From a virus, in the IMG/VR virus record IMGVR_UViG_3300027686_001029: a DNA stretch of 64,000 nucleotides. One strand, written 5' to 3'. Of the stretch, positions 1 through 9,635 are shown piece after piece (position 1 is the stretch's first letter; each line of letters starts with the position of its first letter). The translations under genes and the position numbers were made by a program. The notes beneath the pieces were generated by a model, which searched no databases, was not told the origin of the DNA, and worked only from the letters and a program-made list of their open reading frames with translations.

Positions 1-66
1 AGACGGGTCTTCTATAGCATCTAGAAAGTACCCTTGAGGAGTTAGTTTACTATCGCTTAATTTCAT
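1..66 (-). CDS. 5' part of a gene running off the window (MKLSDSKLTPQGYFLDAIEDPS...)
   Basis: Manual translation; ATG at 66-64 overlaps the stop of the 63..389 ORF. Confidence 0.6.
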   Translation of the reverse strand, partial: MKLSDSKLTPQGYFLDAIEDPS

Positions 67-389
67 TTTTTACCGCCTTTCATATTAGCACACCAATGGT
101 ACATTTTAGCTTTCTCGCCTGAAGCGTTCTTAGCCTTTCTGCGAAGGTCAGTTACAGAACCATTACAGCTAGCACCAGATTTTTTTACTCTACCTGGTTT
201 TGACTTACCTTTCTTTTTACCGTCCTTAAAGTTCTCTAAAGCATGAGGGGTATTATTATGTCCACATTTATGACACATATATAAATCATCACCTCCGTCT
301 TCTTTGTTCCAGCTCCAACCGCAATTATCACAAATGATTTTACTATCAGTTATGATCTCTCCTATAAGTTGTGCTAGAGTTAATTTCAT
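63..389 (-). CDS. Small basic protein with Zn ribbon and C-terminal Lys-rich HWCANMK module
   Basis: CDNC/CHKC zinc ribbon; Lys-rich tail; N-terminal MKLTLAQLIGE tag. Confidence 0.8.
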   Translation of the reverse strand: MKLTLAQLIGEIITDSKIICDNCGWSWNKEDGGDDLYMCHKCGHNNTPHALENFKDGKKKGKSKPGRVKKSGASCNGSVTDLRRKAKNASGEKAKMYHWCANMKGGKK

Positions 390-1471
390 TTTAATTTATT
401 ATCAGCTTTTCTTTTAGCTTTTTGAGCTGCTACGTCTGCATCTTTTCTATCTTTAGTAGCTTTAGACATAGGCCATTTGTAATTTGAACCTTGATGTTCT
501 GTTTCTTTTAGTTTATTACCTGCTTTAACTGCATCTTTATGTGCATTAGAATTACCATGAGAAGATTTCTTACCTGCTTTTTTCTTAGCATTAATATTAG
601 CCCAAAGACCTTCTTCGGTCGTATCTTCTGCTACTACATCTTTATAGTGCTCATACATCTCTCTTCTAAACTCTTCTAATTCTTGATCATTTAATTTTCT
701 ATAAACGTTCTCTCTTAAATGAGCAATAATATCTCTAGCGTATGTATACCCTTTACCGAGGTCATCTTCGTTATACTGTGTGGCTTTAGGTACTTTAGAT
801 CTTGTCTTATCTTTTGGATCTGATTTACGAGCTCCTCTTTCTTTAGCATCTGCAGACATAGTTCCTTTTACAAGGTTGCCAGATTTAGTGAAGTAATGTC
901 CTGATGGTGCTCCTTTAGTCTCAGATTTATTAATCTTCTCACCAGCTTTAACTGCATCTTTATGTGCATTAGAATTTTTATGGGCAGGTTTTGCACCTCT
1001 AGCCTTTTTAGCTCTTATGTTAGCCCAAAGACCTGGTTTTCCTTCTGCTAATACTTCTATAATTTCTTCATAAGTCTTTTCTTCCATTACCCTTCTCATT
1101 TTCATAAGTTCGTATTGCTCCGGTCTTTCGTTCCTGAGGTATGTTTGTAGTTGTCTATAAGTAGTTTTTATTATATCGAATAACTGTCTAGCATCTTTAT
1201 CGCCTGCTATTTCTTGATTCTTTGCAAGATATTTAACACTCCCGACCAATTTAGAGTATATTAAGTACATACTTTCAAAAGAAGGCATATTAATAGGTCT
1301 ATGGGTTACGCTACCTGTTGTTTTATTTTCACCGTCAAATTTAAAATAAGTCTTTTTATCTCCAGATAGAAAATCTTGAGGGTGTACTTCACCATATCTA
1401 TCTGCTAACTTTTTTTGATATTTAGCAGGTAAAGTGCTTACTCTTATAGTATCTTTATTAGTTTCTTTCAT
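386..1471 (-). CDS. Modular basic protein with duplicated GLWANI...NSNAHKDAVKAG unit (putative head-internal protein)
   Basis: 361-aa ORF in operon; internal duplication visible in protein and DNA. Confidence 0.8.
   Translation of the reverse strand: MKETNKDTIRVSTLPAKYQKKLADRYGEVHPQDFLSGDKKTYFKFDGENKTTGSVTHRPINMPSFESMYLIYSKLVGSVKYLAKNQEIAGDKDARQLFDIIKTTYRQLQTYLRNERPEQYELMKMRRVMEEKTYEEIIEVLAEGKPGLWANIRAKKARGAKPAHKNSNAHKDAVKAGEKINKSETKGAPSGHYFTKSGNLVKGTMSADAKERGARKSDPKDKTRSKVPKATQYNEDDLGKGYTYARDIIAHLRENVYRKLNDQELEEFRREMYEHYKDVVAEDTTEEGLWANINAKKKAGKKSSHGNSNAHKDAVKAGNKLKETEHQGSNYKWPMSKATKDRKDADVAAQKAKRKADNKLK
520..1033. repeat. Two-copy intragenic direct repeat (about 90 bp; about 520-610 and 942-1033)
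   Basis: gctttaactgcatctttatgtgcattagaatt and ttagcccaaagacc occur in both copies. Confidence 0.9.
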
Positions 1472-1833
1472 TATAAATTTATTTTATCTGAGTGCATCAT
1501 TAACATTCTTATAATAATAGATGCTAATGCACCGAAAATAATCCACAAAGCTTTAGTTGTAGCTGATTTCCATTGTTTTAATTCTTTAATGTCAGACATA
1601 TGGTATTGAAACTTTTCTTCACCTTCTTCCATTTTACGTCGAAAGTCTGAGTTTTTATTAGTTTTTACGATGATACCGTCTTCTGGGTTCATTAACATAT
1701 ATTTCATATCCGATATATCCTCCTTTAAATCATGCAAGTCCGCTTGGATAATTTTCATTTCACCATTTGGCATATGTGTCTTAATATGCCTTATCTCTTT
1801 TAATAGCGAATCTAGTGTCTCTTTTTGAGTCAT
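1471..1833 (-). CDS. Coiled-coil protein with C-terminal TM helix (XhlA/holin-like)
   Basis: C-terminal hydrophobic ALWIIFGALASIIIRMLM after heptad-like region. Confidence 0.55.
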   Translation of the reverse strand: MTQKETLDSLLKEIRHIKTHMPNGEMKIIQADLHDLKEDISDMKYMLMNPEDGIIVKTNKNSDFRRKMEEGEEKFQYHMSDIKELKQWKSATTKALWIIFGALASIIIRMLMMHSDKINL

Positions 1834-1867
1834 TCTAACGTTAATTAATTATATATTATAAATATAA

Positions 1868-2449
1868 CTATACTATGTGTTTATTTAGAATATCTAAATA
1901 ATCTTTTACGTTCTTTATAACTTGTTTTTTAGCACTGCTATTAGAGTTCCAGTCTTCTATTACTCCGTCCTCTGTTACTACATCTTGACTCTCGTTAACA
2001 AAGTCAACTGACCAGTCTTGTATATCTTGTGCAAATGCTCTCATATTACCTTGCATCATTCTTTTTTCATACTGATCGTATAATCCGGCTTTCTTTAAAG
2101 CTTGTTCATTTTCTACAGTACAGTTAAAACACACACCGTGTATCTTATACATTTTTTTTGCTAACCAATGAGTCATTTTTCCTTTGCATTGAGGACAAGC
2201 TAATGGAATTCGTATAGCTTTTTTTGCTGCATCTAATTTAGTAATGTTTTGCTTTAAACCATTTTTAATCGTCCAGCTCTTACCTCCTTCATTCCATATG
2301 TCTCCTTCAATACGTCTAACGTATGATTTTTGATATCCTGTTTGTGTTTTAGTAGAGCCTGTAAAGTCCTTATTTACTAGGTTCCTTGCTCTTTGTAAAT
2401 CACTTTCTTTGAATTCTTTTTTTAATAACGATTCTTTTTCATCACGCAT
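1868..2449 (-). CDS. Hypothetical protein with CPQC/CFNC zinc finger
   Basis: 193-aa ORF, two CxxC pairs. Confidence 0.75.
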   Translation of the reverse strand: MRDEKESLLKKEFKESDLQRARNLVNKDFTGSTKTQTGYQKSYVRRIEGDIWNEGGKSWTIKNGLKQNITKLDAAKKAIRIPLACPQCKGKMTHWLAKKMYKIHGVCFNCTVENEQALKKAGLYDQYEKRMMQGNMRAFAQDIQDWSVDFVNESQDVVTEDGVIEDWNSNSSAKKQVIKNVKDYLDILNKHIV

Positions 2450-2990
2450 AACCTAACTCTTTTAATTTATTTATAACATGGTTAGTATCTCCGTCTTTAC
2501 ATCTTATTGCAATTCCGCCTTTAGCTGCCCATTCATTTATATTAGACGGTTTATCGTCTATTAATATACTATTCTCATTTGCATACCTCTGTTTATCTTT
2601 AGAGTACGCAAGTATTACTTTTGGCTTCGGACTTAAGTTATTCTTAGCCCATAACTGTTTACCTAGTCTTGAACTATTATCTCTAGAAGGAGAAGTTAAT
2701 AGGTCTGGTTGATATTGTTTAATAAAATTCCATAATTCTTGACCTTGTGGCATCCAGCCCATACCTATCCAAAACTTTATTCCTACCTCTACATCTATTA
2801 AGTTCCAAAACTTCTGGAGTCCATATTGTTTTTCATATACTTGAGGATGTTTACCTGTATAGTGTTCAAATCTTGATTCGAAATCTGTTAGTACTCCATC
2901 CATATCACAGTATATTTTATACGGTGGTACTTCTTTTTGTTCTGGCAGAGGGTATCCTTCTGCTAATAGTTCACTTATTTTTTGTTTCAT
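2442..2990 (-). CDS. 5'(3')-deoxyribonucleotidase (NT5C-like HAD)
   Basis: HAD motifs DMDGVLTDF, LLTSP, LIDDKPSN; start moved to 2990 (MKQKISELLAE) because it follows the recurrent AAAGGTTATG leader and overlaps the upstream stop. Confidence 0.85.
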   Translation of the reverse strand: MKQKISELLAEGYPLPEQKEVPPYKIYCDMDGVLTDFESRFEHYTGKHPQVYEKQYGLQKFWNLIDVEVGIKFWIGMGWMPQGQELWNFIKQYQPDLLTSPSRDNSSRLGKQLWAKNNLSPKPKVILAYSKDKQRYANENSILIDDKPSNINEWAAKGGIAIRCKDGDTNHVINKLKELGYA

Positions 2991-4834
2991 AACCTTTGTT
3001 TTATTCCTAAAGCAGGTAAACGTCGATTCCAAAGAGCTTTTATAATAGGTCTTTCTTCTCGTGTTACTTTAGCCTTGTTAAAATAATCATCAACTACATC
3101 TACAAATGGAGTTTTAGATTTTTTAGCTTTAAAGTACATACCTTGAATCATTGCATCTACTTCTTTAGGAAGTTTATAATATTCATCTTTATCTAATAGT
3201 CCAGCATCAATTAGAGCTCTTAAGTCTCCATCATCTGGAATGTATTTACCTTGTTTAAGGTTTTCACCATCTTGGGTGAGGTGTTCTACTTCGTGTCTTA
3301 TTACGTCTTTTAAATCAAAAGATAACTCCTTTAGGTCAATATTAGTTGGTACTTGAAATACTATATTGATAAAAGGGTCTATATCGTCTCCATCGTCATC
3401 ATACCCTGCATTTGCTCCTCCGTCTACAGAGTAGATATCATCTGTTACTTTAATAATAGCTTGAACGTCAAAGCTCATTTTATGTTTTATATCTGCATCT
3501 TCCTGTGGACCGATAGTAATATTAAACTCTCCATCTTCTCCTTTTACTATTGCTTCTTTAAATGAATCAAATATAGTAGAAGAAATACGATTCGTAAGTG
3601 TATCGTAACTACCTTCTGCAACTTGTTCTTTAGGGTTTTTAACTGAATCTTCCCAGTTTCTAAAAGTAATATTGCCCTTTAAGTATGCTTCTTTTTCTAT
3701 TTCTAGCAAGTCATTATCTTCATTAGTATTACTAGTAGATATACCTCCAAGCCTTTTTTCCATATTTTGCATATGGTGAACCATTTCATGAGTAAAGGAC
3801 CTCATTACATCTTTTGGATGTCTTCCTTCTGTATATAAGACAACTTCTTTTATGTTAGGATCATAGTAAGCAGTCTTTCCAAAGAAATTAGAAGCTTCAT
3901 CAATATCTTTTTTAAGTTTAATTTCAGGTAAAGGAGTAATTTTCATTCCCTCATTTAACATATACTCTAATAGGGAAGCCATGTGAGGAGTATAGTCAAA
4001 TGAACTTCTATCTGAGTCATTCTTTAAGCTAACTTCTATTCTATCTTGTTTAAAATTTACTAATACTAATTCAGTGTTGAGTACTGTACGGAGTTTATTA
4101 TATATTTTAACAAGATCTGCTCTATCTTCTGATCTCATTACTCCGTGAGTATTAATTGTATGTTGATTTCTTCTTGGTTTTTCATTTGAAGCAAAACCGT
4201 TAAAGATCTCTTCAATGGTTATGTTCATTTGCTCTGCAATTATACTGTCTTTTAACATGTTAGTAATTTTTAACATTTCTTCTCTTGATAATTCTTTAGG
4301 AAAGAAATCTAAAGTATCATCTAAGTTTCCTGATATTAGCTTATTTCTAAAGTTTGTTGCTCTAATAGCAAGATTTTCTCCTGAAGGTACTAAAGCTAAT
4401 CCCTCTACATTAGTTAGGTTTTTAAATGTTGATATACGTTTTAAATCAATTAAATCTTCTTCTCCTCTTATTCCTGTAACAGCATAAAAGTTTTCTGTTG
4501 GTCTGTCTTTAGCATATACCTTAGCATTTAACATAGGGTTAGGAACTCTATCGTATATTACTACTTCTCCTGGTAAATATTTAGCGTATATTTCCCATAT
4601 TGCCTTAGATTTATCTGCTCCTAAACCATTACGATCTTTTCCTCCTATGAATATAACAACTTTATTTATTGGTTCTGCCTTAGAGTCTTCTCCTTCTAAA
4701 GCCTTTATACCTGCTTCTTTATAATCATCAAGGCCATATAGCTTTCCAGTGAAGGAACCGTTAAGTAGACTCTTAACGACTTCAAAATGACCTCTATGAG
4801 GTGGTTTAAATGCTCCTGGGTATAATGCTATCAT
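2987..4834 (-). CDS. HIGH-family nucleotidyltransferase domain fused to two HExxH metallopeptidase-like domains
   Basis: YPGAFKPPHRGH at N-terminus; SFTHEMVHH and VIRHEVEH zinc motifs. Confidence 0.75.
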   Translation of the reverse strand: MIALYPGAFKPPHRGHFEVVKSLLNGSFTGKLYGLDDYKEAGIKALEGEDSKAEPINKVVIFIGGKDRNGLGADKSKAIWEIYAKYLPGEVVIYDRVPNPMLNAKVYAKDRPTENFYAVTGIRGEEDLIDLKRISTFKNLTNVEGLALVPSGENLAIRATNFRNKLISGNLDDTLDFFPKELSREEMLKITNMLKDSIIAEQMNITIEEIFNGFASNEKPRRNQHTINTHGVMRSEDRADLVKIYNKLRTVLNTELVLVNFKQDRIEVSLKNDSDRSSFDYTPHMASLLEYMLNEGMKITPLPEIKLKKDIDEASNFFGKTAYYDPNIKEVVLYTEGRHPKDVMRSFTHEMVHHMQNMEKRLGGISTSNTNEDNDLLEIEKEAYLKGNITFRNWEDSVKNPKEQVAEGSYDTLTNRISSTIFDSFKEAIVKGEDGEFNITIGPQEDADIKHKMSFDVQAIIKVTDDIYSVDGGANAGYDDDGDDIDPFINIVFQVPTNIDLKELSFDLKDVIRHEVEHLTQDGENLKQGKYIPDDGDLRALIDAGLLDKDEYYKLPKEVDAMIQGMYFKAKKSKTPFVDVVDDYFNKAKVTREERPIIKALWNRRLPALGIKQRL

Positions 4835-5769
4835 GCTAAGAATGATTGTACTTTAGTATCTATTTCTTTAGGTGTTGAATGTTTTAGTAGTTCTTGAAAT
4901 TCAGGTGAATATATCATGTCAGCGATACTGGTTAGTACTGCATCGCTTTTTTCTTTTTCGCCAACACTTTTATCTTTATATTTTTTTACCGTGTCTTTAA
5001 GTTTATCCTCACCTGGTCCAGTACCTATTTTTTGATAAGACTTAAGGAAGGCTGTTTTTAAAGCTTTATCTTCTGATCTGTTATCTTTATTCCAATCGAC
5101 GTTTACTACAGCTTTATTAAATTCTTGTTCCTCTTCTGAAGACATTACTACTGGTTTAAAGAAAGAGCTTTTCCCTGCTCCTGTCTTTTCGTTATATGCA
5201 GCTAAGTAGTCTTTAATACCGTTAATGCCGTTTTTAGCAGCAGTATTAAATGCCTCTACTTCATTAGTAAATTTACCTCCGTGATCGTTTACAAATATTG
5301 AAAGATTACCTTTAGTCTTCTTTTGAAACTCACCAATTTTTTGATAAGCGTTTCTCCAAGTTGAGAAAACTGATGCTGCAGGTATATTTCTACCTCTAGA
5401 GAAGTTAGAGATATAAGAAATCATAGGGTGACTATATACTAGTATCATATATATATCATAACCTAATGAAATTAACTTATTTAATGTTTCATCAAATCTA
5501 ACTCCCGATGCTGTTGTATCCCATAAAAAACTCATTTTATCATCTGCAGCGGCATTTACGTCTTTATTTATTTGGTTTGATGCAGCTCCTAGGTTATTAT
5601 GGTAGGGATGATCTGGATCTTCAACGTATTTGTCTGGATTAAAAGAAGTTAGTCCTTCTATACCGAGTTGGTTAAGTAGATATGTTTTCCCAGAGCCTGC
5701 TCCTCCTGCCATTATTACAGCTTTAGGTTTATTACTATCTTCGGTTAATATGTGCATTAATTTAATCAT
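4831..5769 (-). CDS. P-loop kinase, zeta-toxin/AAA_33-like
   Basis: Walker A GGAGSGKT, NPD motif, WDTTA. Confidence 0.75.
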   Translation of the reverse strand: MIKLMHILTEDSNKPKAVIMAGGAGSGKTYLLNQLGIEGLTSFNPDKYVEDPDHPYHNNLGAASNQINKDVNAAADDKMSFLWDTTASGVRFDETLNKLISLGYDIYMILVYSHPMISYISNFSRGRNIPAASVFSTWRNAYQKIGEFQKKTKGNLSIFVNDHGGKFTNEVEAFNTAAKNGINGIKDYLAAYNEKTGAGKSSFFKPVVMSSEEEQEFNKAVVNVDWNKDNRSEDKALKTAFLKSYQKIGTGPGEDKLKDTVKKYKDKSVGEKEKSDAVLTSIADMIYSPEFQELLKHSTPKEIDTKVQSFLA

Positions 5770-6650
5770 TGTTGCTTTCTTCCGTTATTAGATGTAGACT
5801 TATTATTACTTCTAGTAGGAGTATTACTACTATTAGAACTACTTCTTCTAGGAGTAGAGGTTCTTTGAACTTCTTGTCTCCTTATTTGATTAGACCTACT
5901 ATTATTATTATTATAAATAGTACGTCTATTATTGGTTCTAGTCAGCTGTATATTATTATTTCTACGTCTTATTACAGTAGGTACACTGTTAGGACTTAGA
6001 TATACTCTTACTTCTTTATTTTTTTCTCTCAATTTATTAACCATACGGTCGATTGTAGAAGCGGGTTGTTGGTTAACTAGGGTATTACCTGCTGTTGCTG
6101 ATCTTGGATTAACACTGCTACTTCCTCTTCTACCTCTATTGTAAGATATGTTTCTATTTTTAGGTTGATTATAATACAAGTTATTCCATGTATATCGATT
6201 ACCCCTTCTGTTATATGGATCATACCAGCTATTACCGTATCCCCAATTATTATAACCGTTACTTCCATACATTGAATTAAACCCAAAAGGGTCTCTCCAG
6301 TTATAATTAAAGTTATTAAATGGGTAATCAAATGCCCAATTCATCCAAAAGTTATTACTGTTAGCGTACATATCGAACCTACTATATGGATTCCACATGT
6401 TATACCTATTAAGTGTGCGGTTATTAAAGTACCAGCTGTAAGGCTGATTCATTGCATATTCAGCAAAATTATATCTAAATTGAAAATCGTCTCTTAGCTT
6501 TCTATTTAATTCCCATTGAGTATTAATTACACCTACTTCAATTTCATCTCCTGTTGGTCCGTATATAGGATCATAGTTATGAGTCGAGAGTTTAAAAGTA
6601 GAACAGCCTATTAAAATAAGAATAGATAAGGTAAGTAGTAATTTTCGCAT
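5766..6650 (-). CDS. Lipoprotein with W/Y/N-rich core and R/N/S-rich low-complexity tail
   Basis: Signal peptide with lipobox LIGC. Confidence 0.7.
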   Translation of the reverse strand: MRKLLLTLSILILIGCSTFKLSTHNYDPIYGPTGDEIEVGVINTQWELNRKLRDDFQFRYNFAEYAMNQPYSWYFNNRTLNRYNMWNPYSRFDMYANSNNFWMNWAFDYPFNNFNYNWRDPFGFNSMYGSNGYNNWGYGNSWYDPYNRRGNRYTWNNLYYNQPKNRNISYNRGRRGSSSVNPRSATAGNTLVNQQPASTIDRMVNKLREKNKEVRVYLSPNSVPTVIRRRNNNIQLTRTNNRRTIYNNNNSRSNQIRRQEVQRTSTPRRSSSNSSNTPTRSNNKSTSNNGRKQQ

Positions 6651-6653
6651 ATA

Positions 6654-7436
6654 TTATAGTTTAAGTGTAGTAGGGTAACTATTATAAATAGGTTCAACTA
6701 CGGGATGTTCTAATCCGTATAGTCTATATATAAGTTGAAATAGTTCAAAGTTCTCTTCAATTTTGTCTATTTGTAATACTTTCCATCCTTTACCCTGTAT
6801 TACATTTTTCTGTTTAGAGGGTCCTCTACTTTGAGCTTTAAGCCAAATGATACCTGTCCTATCAATTTTCTGGTTTTTAGATTCTTCTAACGCTTTTGCA
6901 TATGAAGCTAACTGAAGATCAAAAGACTTGTGTACTGAGTTGGATGTTTTGATGTCTAGTAACCATATTTCTCCATTCATTTTACATACAATGTCTGCTG
7001 TACCTGCATACTTATGTTTATCTGACCATACAAATTCTTCTGCAGAAATAAGTTCTGGTTTATGAGTTGTCCAGAAGTCATGAAACTTTAATATCATTTC
7101 CCATACAAGTTGGCTATATTTAGCTCTACCGTAATCATCCATCCATGTTACTTCATTTCCTAGTATCAACTGTTCTGCAGCTTCATGTACTTGTGTACCT
7201 TCTTTACCTGCTCTACGCATAATAAGATCAGCGTTATGCCCAACATCCTTCATCCACGATTCGAAGAACTTATTCTTGGGCATATATTGGAGTATTGTAG
7301 TTACGGACGGGTAATATACTCCTTCGCCTCTCTTATAGACTCTACGGTCTAAAAAGTTTATTTGCTTTAATTTAGGGTTAAAGTCTAATTTCTTTTTTTC
7401 ATTCTGTTCTAGAATGTTCATACCTTGTTTTATCAT
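6654..7436 (-). CDS. PD-(D/E)XK (Cas4-like) exonuclease
   Basis: YPSVTTIL, GTQVH, GTAD...LLDIKTS, QLASY motifs. Confidence 0.85.
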   Translation of the reverse strand: MIKQGMNILEQNEKKKLDFNPKLKQINFLDRRVYKRGEGVYYPSVTTILQYMPKNKFFESWMKDVGHNADLIMRRAGKEGTQVHEAAEQLILGNEVTWMDDYGRAKYSQLVWEMILKFHDFWTTHKPELISAEEFVWSDKHKYAGTADIVCKMNGEIWLLDIKTSNSVHKSFDLQLASYAKALEESKNQKIDRTGIIWLKAQSRGPSKQKNVIQGKGWKVLQIDKIEENFELFQLIYRLYGLEHPVVEPIYNSYPTTLKL

Positions 7437-8356
7437 AAATCTAGCTTATGCATCATTAGACTGCTAAGGTCTAATTCTTCTGCTGTTTTAATTAAATCTG
7501 TAAATGACTTAAAGCCCATGTTAGATGGGTCTTTTTCTTTCATATCAATTAAGAATACTCTTTTACCGAGGTTTAAGAATTGTTCTGATATTTGTAATGC
7601 TTTTGTTTTAGCATCATTATCTAATGCAATGTATATATCTTCAAGAGGGCTTATAAGAATCTTTTTGTATAGAGCTGTAGAGATTGACTTTCCTAGTATG
7701 GGTATGACATTACGTTTTATAGCTATAGCATCAAATACACCTTCACATAGTATGATAGGCATATTCCAATTAATTAAGTTCTCAAAGAATATTATATCTT
7801 TTGAAGTTTCAGGGTTCTTGTATTTAAAGTAATCCCCCTGGTAACTTCGTGCAACAAAGAAATTGAGTTGATTGGATCTAGAATAACTTGGAATAATAAC
7901 TCTTCCTCCATACTCTCCACTTGCTGCGTATCCAATACCATATTTAATAAAATCTGTTGAGCTAAGTCCTCTTGCATATAGGTATTTTTTAATTAAGTTA
8001 GCTGTAACTGATGTTGTTGTTGCATTTTGAAGCAATTGAAACTCTTTTGGTAGTTCTAATATAGATAGGTGTTTGTATTCCACCTCATTCCCTTTCGGTA
8101 CAAACTTAAGAATATCTACTGCTTGATCACGAGGTGTTTGCAACTGTCTTAATAGGGACCTAATCGTAGTCCCTCTAGTTTGACAAACCCAACATTCCCA
8201 GTAGTTCTTACCTTCTTCGTTAGTAAACATATTAATTTCTAACTTAGGTTTGCGGTGATTGCAAAAAGGGCATGAGAAAGCATAATTATCTCTAGCTCTC
8301 TTATGACTCTTACCTAGTATATTCTCTATACTTCCTAAAAGAAAAGCGTAATCCAT
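7433..8356 (-). CDS. DNA primase (Zn finger + TOPRIM)
   Basis: CPFCNH...CWVC zinc domain; CEGVFDA and LDNDA TOPRIM motifs. Confidence 0.9.
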   Translation of the reverse strand: MDYAFLLGSIENILGKSHKRARDNYAFSCPFCNHRKPKLEINMFTNEEGKNYWECWVCQTRGTTIRSLLRQLQTPRDQAVDILKFVPKGNEVEYKHLSILELPKEFQLLQNATTTSVTANLIKKYLYARGLSSTDFIKYGIGYAASGEYGGRVIIPSYSRSNQLNFFVARSYQGDYFKYKNPETSKDIIFFENLINWNMPIILCEGVFDAIAIKRNVIPILGKSISTALYKKILISPLEDIYIALDNDAKTKALQISEQFLNLGKRVFLIDMKEKDPSNMGFKSFTDLIKTAEELDLSSLMMHKLDL

Positions 8357-8377
8357 ATAACCGTCCGTATCTTATAG

Positions 8378-8410
8378 TAAAGATAAGAACTTTTATTCAG
8401 ACGGCAAACT
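8378..8410 (-). promoter_or_regulatory. Bacteroidota-type sigma-A promoter for primase operon
   Basis: Minus strand TTG-N19-TATCTTTA versus consensus TTG-N19-TAnnTTTG. Confidence 0.7.
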
Positions 8411-8416
8411 TTTATA

Positions 8417-8611
8417 TTATTTGTTTTGGAGCAGTTCGTTAATAGCAGTTGCTACTGTAATCCTTATAAGGTCTCTGTTGCCTGTGTCTAGGAATTCTTC
8501 TAGTTGATTTGTTATAGATTCAGTTAGTTTATTGATATCATCATTAGACATATCTACTTCTGTTCTTGCTACAATAGTTTTATCTTCTAGTATAATTTTG
8601 GATAGTTTCAT
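8417..8611 (-). CDS. Small protein with MKLSKIILE tag
   Basis: ORF track; shared N-terminal motif. Confidence 0.75.
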   Translation of the reverse strand: MKLSKIILEDKTIVARTEVDMSNDDINKLTESITNQLEEFLDTGNRDLIRITVATAINELLQNK

Positions 8612-8952
8612 TTTACATCGCTTTGTGAAAACTCGAATTGTATTCTAGGATAGTAATATCTATCCCCATCATCATCATAGTAATTAGCTTCTGATGTTAC
8701 ATTATATTTTCTGGTTTTAAGGAACGCTACTACTTGTCTAAATGTGTCATCTGGAAGTGCTTCTTCAACTTTAAATTCAACTGATCCATATCCTTTCCCT
8801 GCATTAGGTCCGTCCTCAACATAATGCCCCATACTAACCATTGGATTATAATCACCGTATCCAACAGTAAGCTCTTTTGTTATATCGAGAGCTACATGCT
8901 TATATTTATCATAGTCATGTCCTTCTGTTAAGATAATATCTGATAGTTTCAT
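8608..8952 (-). CDS. Hypothetical protein with MKLSDIILTE tag
   Basis: ORF track; shared N-terminal motif. Confidence 0.8.
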   Translation of the reverse strand: MKLSDIILTEGHDYDKYKHVALDITKELTVGYGDYNPMVSMGHYVEDGPNAGKGYGSVEFKVEEALPDDTFRQVVAFLKTRKYNVTSEANYYDDDGDRYYYPRIQFEFSQSDVK

Positions 8953-8962
8953 TTAAGTTATT

Positions 8963-9229
8963 TTATAGTTTCCAAACTTTGAGAGTTATATCACCTGTTC
9001 CTTTTATAAGTCTGTGGTAAGTCTCTTTAGGTATAAATAGTTTACTATTACCGAACTCCACAGGTACTGTATTGTCTAGTTGTAGCTTCCAATCAGAATA
9101 ATTAATAGGCTGTACGTACCTATCTTCTTTATCTCTATGCCAAACATATTCAAGTGATGAGGTACTCTGTAAAAACTCTCTCACAGAATACTCCTTACCT
9201 AATGTTTCTTTGTAGGGTTTATTATTCAC
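8963..9229 (-). CDS. Small cupin-fold protein
   Basis: WHRDxEDR and FIPKETYHRLIKG cupin motifs. Confidence 0.7.
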   Translation of the reverse strand: MNNKPYKETLGKEYSVREFLQSTSSLEYVWHRDKEDRYVQPINYSDWKLQLDNTVPVEFGNSKLFIPKETYHRLIKGTGDITLKVWKL

Positions 9230-9314
9230 TTGGTAAACAAGCAGATGGTGCGATTTGATAATCGTTTAGTGGTAGTAGTAATAACTTTTTCATTAAGGTG
9301 AAAATTTAAAATAA

Positions 9315-9632
9315 TTATCCGTGTTTAATAATTAACTCTCCTAGAACCTCTAACCTCCCCATTTCTTTTTGAAACGCCGTCTGGCTCATAGTAGAACTAA
9401 TTTTTTTGTGAGTCTCTTCAAACTCTTTTTGAGCTGCTTCTAGATTAAATTTTCCGTCAGCTGCTTTTTTATAATAAGAAAGCTTTACGTTAAAGTGTTC
9501 ATAAGTTAATAATGAATCACCTCCTTTTTCTTTAGCAGATGAAGCAATTTTACTTGCTCCTTTTTCTCTACCTTCAGCAAAGTCATCGAAAGTTTCTTTT
9601 GTATCCTCTAATATAAGTTTAATTAATTTCAT
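9315..9632 (-). CDS. Hypothetical protein with MKLIKLILE tag
   Basis: ORF track; shared N-terminal motif. Confidence 0.8.
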   Translation of the reverse strand: MKLIKLILEDTKETFDDFAEGREKGASKIASSAKEKGGDSLLTYEHFNVKLSYYKKAADGKFNLEAAQKEFEETHKKISSTMSQTAFQKEMGRLEVLGELIIKHG

Positions 9633-9635
9633 ATC

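Noticed and set aside
6654-7436. Cas4-like nuclease as part of CRISPR-Cas
   Set aside because: It sits beside primase as a typical phage PD-(D/E)XK exonuclease, lacks the four-Cys Fe-S motif, and has no array
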